64,000 bases of DNA, taken from the sequence record MZ475892.1; one strand, 5' to 3'. The notes below the pieces were generated by a model. That model saw only the letters and a program-made list of their open reading frames with translations, made no database searches and was not told where the DNA came from. A program made the position numbers and the translations under genes. Position 1 is the first letter of the stretch, and the number at the start of each line of letters is the position of its first letter. Positions 27,880 to 35,319 of the stretch are shown here, in pieces.

Positions 27880-28490
27880 CCGAGACGCGCCAGAATCTGT
27901 CGAACAACCTCAGACACAGATGCCGTTTCAGTATCAATAACAAGATCGAAACCACCAGGCACTTGCTTGTAGCGTTCGCTGTACTGCTCGAACACTTCTT
28001 TGGTCTGACGTTGTTCTATGCGGTCTTCACCACCAACGCGATGTTTACGGCGCTCTACCGAAGTCTCGTAAGAAACATTCAGCAGCACAGTAAGACGCTT
28101 CTCAGGTGCGAGCACTTCCCACGTATGACGATAGATGCGATCATTGATATCCGAATCACCCGCTTGATAAACGAAGGTGGACGGGTAACCACGGTCAGCA
28201 ATAATCATCGTGTTCGGTTCGTTAGCGAGAATACGCTCGTAGGAATTCATGGTCGATGAACGCGCAGCCAAGAACAGCAGCATTTCGGTGCGACTGTCCA
28301 TATCTGTTGCGAGGCCGCCTCTGTCGTTAAGCAGAATATCACGCAGATGTTCTGACAAAGGAGTACCACCAGGCTCGCGCAGTCTCAGGACCTGAGAACC
28401 ACGTTGTTGCAAAATTTCGGAGATTGCTGTGCAAACGGTAGATTTGCCAGAACCTTCGGGACCTTCTACTAAAAGATAAACAGAGTTCAT
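27876..28490 (-). CDS. tmk: Thymidylate (dTMP) kinase
   Basis: P-loop EGPEGSGKST, REPGGT, EMLLFLAAR, DRGYPS. Confidence 0.92.
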   Translation of the reverse strand: MNSVYLLVEGPEGSGKSTVCTAISEILQQRGSQVLRLREPGGTPLSEHLRDILLNDRGGLATDMDSRTEMLLFLAARSSTMNSYERILANEPNTMIIADRGYPSTFVYQAGDSDINDRIYRHTWEVLAPEKRLTVLLNVSYETSVERRKHRVGGEDRIEQRQTKEVFEQYSERYKQVPGGFDLVIDTETASVSEVVRQILARLG

Positions 28491-28499
28491 AGGGATTCC

Positions 28500-28991
28500 T
28501 TAGGCAAATCGCCCACCACGCCATGCGGCCTTGATGAGCAACTTAGCCACGATTTCGTTCTTCATTGTCTTTCGCTTTGCATTGCTACGGACAAATGCAG
28601 AGCCGAACTTATTCACGACAATCAAACCAACACCGCTCACGCGTATGCGTTCAATTATTCTATCGCCGTGAGATTCAAACAGAGCCTCGTCTATGGCAAA
28701 GTACATACGCATACAAAACGGTAGATACTTGTGCCACTTCTTATCAGTATTGAAATCAGCCCAGCAACTCTTAACCTCAGTGATAATCATATCGCATTTG
28801 GTATTAAGGCAGAACACGTCTGCTCTTAGGTTGCCGTGCTTAATCAAACCCAGCTCAACATGACAGGAATAACGTTTGTCAATCCAATAACGCTGAGCTG
28901 CCTCAGTGATAAACATAGTCCTATCAGGACGACTCATTGAGGTAAAGACTGCCTGTGTTTGACGTTCAGCTTTGCGGCGCTTAAAGGCCAT
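28500..28991 (-). CDS. MmcB-family PD-(D/E)xK nuclease-like protein
   Basis: LRADV...ITEVKSCWADFNTDKKWHKYLPFC..MYFA matches the MmcB pattern. Confidence 0.75.
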   Translation of the reverse strand: MAFKRRKAERQTQAVFTSMSRPDRTMFITEAAQRYWIDKRYSCHVELGLIKHGNLRADVFCLNTKCDMIITEVKSCWADFNTDKKWHKYLPFCMRMYFAIDEALFESHGDRIIERIRVSGVGLIVVNKFGSAFVRSNAKRKTMKNEIVAKLLIKAAWRGGRFA

Positions 28992-29436
28992 ACGAGTCGA
29001 TAATGTCCAGCGCCTGAGCTAAAATTGGGCGGAGTTTCTTGTCCACCTTCTTTAGAGCTTTATCAGCACTGAACCACTTACGCTCACGCATGCCTGCTTC
29101 ATCATATTCAGTCAGTTCCTGCTTGACCTTCATGATGAACCATTCAACGTTCTGGGCGCGGCCGGTCTTGCCTTTAACATACTTCATAATGTCGATGAAG
29201 TCTTTAGGCTTACCGAGAATGCCGCCTTCTTCCATGGCTTCTTTAAGCGCGGAATCCAGTGGCGTCATACCTTTCTCAACGCCACCTTTAGGGAATCCCC
29301 AATTGTTTCCGTGTGTGGTGCGAATCAACAAGATCTGCACTTCACCTTTTTTCTTTTTGTATGGGACAACGCCTGACTGCTTACGCGCTTTCTTTTCCGA
29401 AGGCAGCTTAGCAGAGAGTGACACATTCAGCATCAT
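28981..29436 (-). CDS. NUDIX hydrolase
   Basis: WGFPKGGVEKGMTPLDSALKEAMEEGG Nudix box. Confidence 0.92.
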   Translation of the reverse strand: MMLNVSLSAKLPSEKKARKQSGVVPYKKKKGEVQILLIRTTHGNNWGFPKGGVEKGMTPLDSALKEAMEEGGILGKPKDFIDIMKYVKGKTGRAQNVEWFIMKVKQELTEYDEAGMRERKWFSADKALKKVDKKLRPILAQALDIIDSYGL

Positions 29437-29933
29437 AGATAATCACTTCCACGAGGCATGTTCACTTCCCAGCGTCCAGAGTTGTCTACCCACAGACCGT
29501 TATCCTGCAGGCGCTTGTACGCATCATACAGAGAGCATGAGGCGAGCACTTGCAGTTCAGTGCCGAAATCCGACATTGAATAGCTGTAGATAGATTCAGG
29601 CAGGTACGACAGGCGCTGGCCTTCATACGAGTCGTGAACAATACAACCATCAGCGTCAGTGACAACGGCGTGAGATGCAGCAATGGTAGGCCCCAGAACA
29701 ACGATACGATAGTCTGGGTGCTTGTTGTAGTTGCGCTGAATGAACAACGCAGCTTCTGCAAACGGACGTGCGACTTGCGCAGCGCGTGTGCAGTTTTGCT
29801 CAAACGCAGATTCAGACAAAGAGCGTGCACCAGTCAAATTCATGGCCGATGCAAAAATCATTGTTGTCAGATCGTTTGGTGCGATAGCTGTGGGGAAGAA
29901 CTTCGTGCCCCACGCTTGATCTAAAGAAAGCAT
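29433..29933 (-). CDS. Hypothetical protein, possible papain/transglutaminase-like Cys-His-Asp enzyme
   Basis: QNCTRAA...SHAVV...VHDSY order and spacing. Confidence 0.4.
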   Translation of the reverse strand: MLSLDQAWGTKFFPTAIAPNDLTTMIFASAMNLTGARSLSESAFEQNCTRAAQVARPFAEAALFIQRNYNKHPDYRIVVLGPTIAASHAVVTDADGCIVHDSYEGQRLSYLPESIYSYSMSDFGTELQVLASCSLYDAYKRLQDNGLWVDNSGRWEVNMPRGSDYL

Positions 29934-29963
29934 GGACCGTCTCCTTATTCGATAGTCTAAACT

Positions 29964-29971
29964 AAATTAGC
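29964..29971 (-). promoter_or_regulatory. GCTAATTT putative late promoter
   Basis: Exact motif 31 nt upstream of the ATG at 29933. Confidence 0.6.
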
Positions 29972-29972
29972 G

Positions 29973-30263
29973 TTAATCAGCAGGACAGATAAGGACTTGT
30001 CTGCGATTCTGCATAAAAGACTTTGGAGCAGGGCCACCTATCACGATAGCGTATTTTAACAGGAAGCCGGGCTTCTTTGTCGCTACGTTACAGCCACCGT
30101 GTGAAAGAGCTGCTAGTGCTTGACTGCGAAAAGGACCGGTCAAGCACAGCGTATGAGCGAAGAAGGGTTTGCTCACCTTCTTCATTGTTCTGCTCATCAG
30201 AGCGCGGATAGCTTCGCATTGTTCCGCAGTAGGTTCAGCACCGCAATAAACATCGAAATGCAT
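29973..30263 (-). CDS. Hypothetical protein, weak BRCT-like pattern
   Basis: LCLTGPFRSQALAALSHGGCNV...KYAIVIG; translationally coupled to the upstream gene. Confidence 0.45.
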   Translation of the reverse strand: MHFDVYCGAEPTAEQCEAIRALMSRTMKKVSKPFFAHTLCLTGPFRSQALAALSHGGCNVATKKPGFLLKYAIVIGGPAPKSFMQNRRQVLICPAD

Positions 30264-30964
30264 TATGCGCCCTTAATAGTCATCAGGCTCTTGTACAGGC
30301 CGAACTTCTTCGAGAAGTCAGCAAGCGCATAGCCAGCCATATCTGCGGAATCAATCTGCTTAGTGATCAGCTTGCAGTTGGATGCGCTCAGGTTGTTTGT
30401 CTTGTCTTCATACAGGACAAGGGTGTGGCCATCATAGCGCTTATCGTCCGTAAAGAACACACCAAACTCTTTCCACGAGCGAGTGCCGTACTCAAGGACG
30501 AACACCGATGCTTCATAGAAGCCAGTGCCCATCTCCTGACTGTTGTCGTTAAGGAAGTGCTGGTCAATGTGGTCAGCAGCAACAACGTCAATCGTAATAA
30601 ACTCACACACCTCAGGACAGTTGCGCAACCACGCACGCATACTGCGGTCAAAATACGCAGCCAGTGCGCAGCAGATGCAGCTACGATTGTTCGGGTCTTT
30701 ATCGACGCGAGGGATAGCTGTCAGCAAACGATCATACACAGCCCACGAGATGAAATCTGTGTCCAGACGTCCATCCGAGTACTCGTATTCTTCGTCGTTG
30801 ATAACGAACAGATTGTGGCGCTGCATGTTGATGTTGCCTAACACATGCTTAACGCGGTTCATCTGCCCGTAAGGGAATTGGAATAGAACCTCGGTATTGA
30901 TAACACGAGGTACGCCATTTTCTAAGTAGGCAAACTCCATAGGGTGCCGTAATACAGAACGCAT
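30263..30964 (-). CDS. Hypothetical protein
   Basis: 233 aa ORF with SD AAAGGA; no recognisable motif. Confidence 0.6.
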   Translation of the reverse strand: MRSVLRHPMEFAYLENGVPRVINTEVLFQFPYGQMNRVKHVLGNINMQRHNLFVINDEEYEYSDGRLDTDFISWAVYDRLLTAIPRVDKDPNNRSCICCALAAYFDRSMRAWLRNCPEVCEFITIDVVAADHIDQHFLNDNSQEMGTGFYEASVFVLEYGTRSWKEFGVFFTDDKRYDGHTLVLYEDKTNNLSASNCKLITKQIDSADMAGYALADFSKKFGLYKSLMTIKGA

Positions 30965-30974
30965 TGTCTTTCCT

Positions 30975-31763
30975 TTAGTTCAGGTGAATTATCTGGCCAT
31001 TAGCTGTAATGTCTTGGCCTGCTTCGATTCCGACGCGGCCTTTGACGTCCAGAGTATCATCGCCCTTTATTGTGGTCTTGCGATTACCTTCAATCACAAC
31101 TGTCTGATTGCCTGTAATCTTCGTGTACTGATTACCACCATCACCTTTCGCTACACCAGCAAACTTGATGCGCTTCTTAGGGTCAGGCTTGAGAGCTTTA
31201 GGCGTCATTGTCGGGTCATTCAAGATATAATCAGGAATGTCGTTCTTGCTGCCTGTGACGATAAGCTGTTGGTTGCCTACGATTGTCTGATTCACGTCAC
31301 CCATGATCGTCATGTTGAAATCACCAGACGTCACAAGGAAGTGTTCGTTAGTCAGACGGTCAATAATCAACTGCGTGCCTGTAGACAGACGAACGCCCAC
31401 GCGATGCGGATAGTTGATCAAGAACTCAGGCAGCTTATCAGCTTCTGTCATGCGCACGTTGGTGCTGTATACGCCTTCATGCAACTGACCAGTAGGGAAT
31501 CTGACAGATACCTTAGCGCCCATCATAGGAACGAACTGTGCCCCGAATACAGTTCCAGTAGAGCCACCTTTGAGTCCTTCAAGATGACCGATGCCAGGAC
31601 GAATCCACGGAATCATTTCATCAGGAATATCATCGGTAAGGCCCATGATGCGTGCGCGTATCATCTGAATCTTCTTGGGGTCGGAGCTATCGATAACAAT
31701 AGCTTCGTACTCCATTTGCGGGTCAATCCCTTTCTTTGAGTTTACAGCATTTAGAGGAATCAT
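30975..31763 (-). CDS. Baseplate central spike (gp5/VgrG-like)
   Basis: N-terminal OB-fold YEAIVIDSSDP...IRARI...IPW; C-terminal VxGN/GD beta-helix repeats. Confidence 0.85.
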   Translation of the reverse strand: MIPLNAVNSKKGIDPQMEYEAIVIDSSDPKKIQMIRARIMGLTDDIPDEMIPWIRPGIGHLEGLKGGSTGTVFGAQFVPMMGAKVSVRFPTGQLHEGVYSTNVRMTEADKLPEFLINYPHRVGVRLSTGTQLIIDRLTNEHFLVTSGDFNMTIMGDVNQTIVGNQQLIVTGSKNDIPDYILNDPTMTPKALKPDPKKRIKFAGVAKGDGGNQYTKITGNQTVVIEGNRKTTIKGDDTLDVKGRVGIEAGQDITANGQIIHLN

Positions 31764-33658
31764 TGTTTTACTCGCGGTAGGTACATCTCAAGTTTCTCAC
31801 CGTCTGGCGTACCTGTTTTATTAGAGCCATCAACAGTGCCGTCACCGAGAGAACACAGGAAGTTACGCAGGTCTTCTTCTGCCTGTCTGATCAACTGGCT
31901 CAAGTTAGTGCTCGGACCCATCAGCTTACTGATAGAAGAAGCATCAAGGCACTTGTCAGGCAGAGAGTTGTCCAGCATCTTCTGCATATCATCAAGTTTG
32001 TTTGAGACGCAACGCTGGTTAATCTGAGGACCATCAAGATACTCAGCAGGGATATCACCGTTAGCGATAAGGCCGTTAATATCGCCGGTCATACCGCCAA
32101 GCATATTCTCCATGCTATCCAGACGACCAGCAAGTCCATCGAGTATGCCTGTCTTATAGTTGATGGACAGGTCAACACTCATCTTCTGGAGTTTGTTGAG
32201 CGCAGCACACATACCCGTAAGCAGCTTAGCTAGGCTAAACTCCTGCATAAGACTGTTCAGGTAGTCAGCACCTTCACCATACTTAGCAGCCAGCTCTGGG
32301 AACTTGAACGCTTCGCTGTCTACTTGGAACTGGTTGAGCATCACATCGAGTTTAAGGCTGTGTTGCTGTGCAATCCAATCGAGTGGGCTGGCACCATCAA
32401 GCGCCTGTTTGATGTTCGCGTTAATCTGCATAGGGCGCAGAATGTTAGCGACAGTATCGAGAGGGGTAAGGATGATGTTCTTACCACCACCGATATTCGA
32501 TGTGCCTTCAACAGGAGTGAAGTTACGGGCCAACAGGAATGCTTCGCTGTACATGTGCCCTGAGTAAACGCGAGTACGCCCGATGATAATCCACTTGCCT
32601 GATAGCTTCTCATCGAGAATCAGTTCACGGTTAGAAGACACCATACCGGCAGTCACTTCGACAATATCAAACAGGTCAACCTCAGGACAGCCGCCCATGA
32701 TTAGTGCGCGTGCAGTCTCGGTATACGTCATTGCCTGACGCTTGTTTGAGTAGAACGCCTGCATGTATTTATCGTGCAGGTTAATATCGTTCGACGGTCG
32801 GGCATAGGCTTTACGTGCACCAACAATATCACCACGCGTATCGCTGTTGATATTGAGAGGGTCACGGCCTTTAACTGTCACTGTGGACATTTCGTTGACA
32901 GCACCTTTGCTATCAGCCCACAGCAGCTTGTCACCATAGTTCGACATACCGTTGAAGATGCCGCTAAGCGATTTCGGGCGGAACTCATGCACGTTGTACT
33001 CAGGACTACGACCTGTTGGCGTGTGGTTAAACGTCCAGTAAGCTACAGGGTCTTTGTCGAACTGCGCATTGAGGTCACGCACTATCATGCGCTTGTCTGC
33101 GCTGATAATCATCTTAGGTGCAGCCTCTTCCGATATCCAGATGTGCTGCTCAATCTCCGACGCAAACTTCTTAGGCGAACACGCAGCAGACACCCAGCTC
33201 ATAATGTCTTTGGTCTGCATATCACCTGCATCAAGCGTAAGCCCACACGACTGTGCGACTGTGCGTAGCGCCTCAAGGCTGGTGGATCGCATTGCATACG
33301 AGCGGGAGTCAAAGAGGAACTTGGGTGCGTCGATAGCACACAGCACGTTCATCATATGGAAGCCACCCTCGTCGTACTCACGCACGGCAAACACACTAAA
33401 CGTCAGTGTCGTAGACCTGTCAATCGATGGTCCCGTGGTTATCGTGATCTTTGTACCATCAACGATAGCGTGAGAGCTACGCAGGATATTCGTGCGGTCA
33501 GCTAATACGAGAAGACAGGCAGGAACAGCGAAGGTGTTTTCATACGTGTGAACGTTGCGAACAAGATTCGGTGCATCCGGAGGAGCTTTACCGTCAAGCA
33601 ACAGACCAAAGTAGCCCTGATTCTTGACGCCACCAGCGGAAGGATTTTCCATCGCCAT
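31760..33658 (-). CDS. Baseplate hub protein (gp27-like position)
   Basis: 632 aa directly upstream of the spike; LSGKWIIIG..RV-type end of the hub fold, plus a helical extension. Confidence 0.6.
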   Translation of the reverse strand: MAMENPSAGGVKNQGYFGLLLDGKAPPDAPNLVRNVHTYENTFAVPACLLVLADRTNILRSSHAIVDGTKITITTGPSIDRSTTLTFSVFAVREYDEGGFHMMNVLCAIDAPKFLFDSRSYAMRSTSLEALRTVAQSCGLTLDAGDMQTKDIMSWVSAACSPKKFASEIEQHIWISEEAAPKMIISADKRMIVRDLNAQFDKDPVAYWTFNHTPTGRSPEYNVHEFRPKSLSGIFNGMSNYGDKLLWADSKGAVNEMSTVTVKGRDPLNINSDTRGDIVGARKAYARPSNDINLHDKYMQAFYSNKRQAMTYTETARALIMGGCPEVDLFDIVEVTAGMVSSNRELILDEKLSGKWIIIGRTRVYSGHMYSEAFLLARNFTPVEGTSNIGGGKNIILTPLDTVANILRPMQINANIKQALDGASPLDWIAQQHSLKLDVMLNQFQVDSEAFKFPELAAKYGEGADYLNSLMQEFSLAKLLTGMCAALNKLQKMSVDLSINYKTGILDGLAGRLDSMENMLGGMTGDINGLIANGDIPAEYLDGPQINQRCVSNKLDDMQKMLDNSLPDKCLDASSISKLMGPSTNLSQLIRQAEEDLRNFLCSLGDGTVDGSNKTGTPDGEKLEMYLPRVKQ

Positions 33659-33661
33659 ATT

Positions 33662-33874
33662 TTACTCCAGAATGCGAAAAGGCCCGCTAACAAAGCGGAT
33701 AGCTATGTTACTCAGGCCATGTTGTTTCAACAGTTTTGCACAGCAGTTGCAGCAAAGTCTTTTGTCAGTTGGATTGATTACGGACGAGGCGTATTCGCTT
33801 ATCACGTAATTGTCGTACGGTTCATCGCAGAACTGACACAGCTCCTGCTTTTCGAGTGATACTCGGATGCGCAT
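33662..33874 (-). CDS. Small zinc-finger protein
   Basis: CQFC...CCNC, 70 aa. Confidence 0.55.
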   Translation of the reverse strand: MRIRVSLEKQELCQFCDEPYDNYVISEYASSVINPTDKRLCCNCCAKLLKQHGLSNIAIRFVSGPFRILE

Positions 33875-33876
33875 GG

Positions 33877-34299
33877 TTAGCCCTCGGCGTCAAGCTCCAG
33901 CGCAATGGCTTTCAGTTTCGCAGCAAGCAACTTAATCTCAGAAGACTTGGCTTGCATGTTAAAGCCACCACGCCCTGGTTTTATTTCAGAGTCTTTCTTC
34001 GTGTTGTACCACTTGCGCACTTCTACGACACGGTTACCGGCATCATCGTTAGCGAGATCAACAGACAGGAAGGTGTTAGGGCCGATAGCGATGCGAAACA
34101 GTTCAGGTGCAGAAGTCTCTTTGCGAGTCTTCTTTGCTTTCTCTTTCACAGGCTCAGACTTTTTAGACTTCTTAGCAGTCTTCGCTAACTCTCCCTTAGC
34201 AGGCTTCTCTGCCTCACGTTCAACAGGCTTAACCTTGCTCAGGGTCTTCTTGATCTTCTTCGCTTTCGCGCCAACGATTTTGCCGTTAACCATTGCCAT
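33877..34299 (-). CDS. PC4-like ssDNA-binding protein with Lys-rich N-tail
   Basis: VEVRKWYNTKKDSEIKPGRGGFNM resembles the PC4/YdbC motif; the first ~60 aa are K/A/E-rich. Confidence 0.6.
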   Translation of the reverse strand: MAMVNGKIVGAKAKKIKKTLSKVKPVEREAEKPAKGELAKTAKKSKKSEPVKEKAKKTRKETSAPELFRIAIGPNTFLSVDLANDDAGNRVVEVRKWYNTKKDSEIKPGRGGFNMQAKSSEIKLLAAKLKAIALELDAEG

Positions 34300-34589
34300 T
34301 AGATTTGCGTCCTCTTAACTTGCTTTATTGCAGCACTAGGACGAGGCTGGGGAATAGCAACGAGTGCGCCTGCCAGCATCTCGGATGAGTGAACCCATCC
34401 GTTAGCTATCAGAATATTCCGCCAGTATGCGTTAGTGCTGAGTTCTTTGTACGACAGCAACTGAGGATTTCCCTCCATAGATGCGTCGATACGTTTGGTC
34501 GTGAACAACGATCTGTCCACGTCATCGAATACAGAAACAGACAGCGGGTCAATTCCCCACTTGTCTATGTTAGCGATAGTTTCAGCCAT
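34299..34589 (-). CDS. LysM-like baseplate protein (gp53/tail X-like)
   Basis: LLSYKEL...YWRNILIANG...GALVAIP. Confidence 0.7.
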   Translation of the reverse strand: MAETIANIDKWGIDPLSVSVFDDVDRSLFTTKRIDASMEGNPQLLSYKELSTNAYWRNILIANGWVHSSEMLAGALVAIPQPRPSAAIKQVKRTQI

Positions 34590-35308
34590 TTTTTCAGATC
34601 CTCACGAGTCACGGCAAAGTAACTGCTTACCTGCAGGACGAAGTCAACGGAGATTGGATTCCCTGTACCATCTTCCCACACGTTGTCGAAGTTAGCACTG
34701 ACACTATCAACAACGCAAGGTGTCATAGAGAAGAAATTACCAATATCAACTGAGAACGCCTCGTCATCAGAAAACTCTATGTTCTGTCCCGCTTGAGCAG
34801 CAGCCGCATTAGCGATTGCTTTAGCAGGGCTTGGGCCAGGTGCAACAAGTATCCCGCCTACCTCAGACGGAGCGCACAGGCTCAACAGATTATAGGTTGT
34901 CTCGACGACTTCGCTGCGCGTATCATCGTAAGCATCAACGAAGATAGGGAGGTCAAGCGTAAAGTAACTTGGTCCTCCCCACATCTTGAAGCTGGCCAAC
35001 TTGTGAATGGAGCTGGCACCACCGAGCTTTAATGCAGAGTCAGCAGTGCCTGCGAGTCTACCCAACATACCGCCAGACCTATCAGAGATTCCCTGACCGA
35101 TTGAAGTGTCCCCGAAAGGAGCACTCCAACCGCTTGACAGAGAGAACGTAAAGTCAGGTGGCACAAATCCGGTAAACTTGATGGTACCGCTTTTGTTGTA
35201 GATCTGAACACGGTACATGTTATCGACGCTTATCACGTCACCACGTTGTCGTGCAGTACCCACAGCAGTGGCGGTATTACCATCAGCAGGAATCAGATAG
35301 TTAGCCAC
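34565..35308 (-). CDS. Baseplate tail-tube initiator/cap (gp48-like)
   Basis: Tube-like fold features (WGGPSYFTL..., CVVDSVSANF, PISVDFVLQ) and gene position. Confidence 0.55.
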   Translation of the reverse strand: MANYLIPADGNTATAVGTARQRGDVISVDNMYRVQIYNKSGTIKFTGFVPPDFTFSLSSGWSAPFGDTSIGQGISDRSGGMLGRLAGTADSALKLGGASSIHKLASFKMWGGPSYFTLDLPIFVDAYDDTRSEVVETTYNLLSLCAPSEVGGILVAPGPSPAKAIANAAAAQAGQNIEFSDDEAFSVDIGNFFSMTPCVVDSVSANFDNVWEDGTGNPISVDFVLQVSSYFAVTREDLKKWLKLSLT

Positions 35309-35319
35309 AGATAGTCCTC

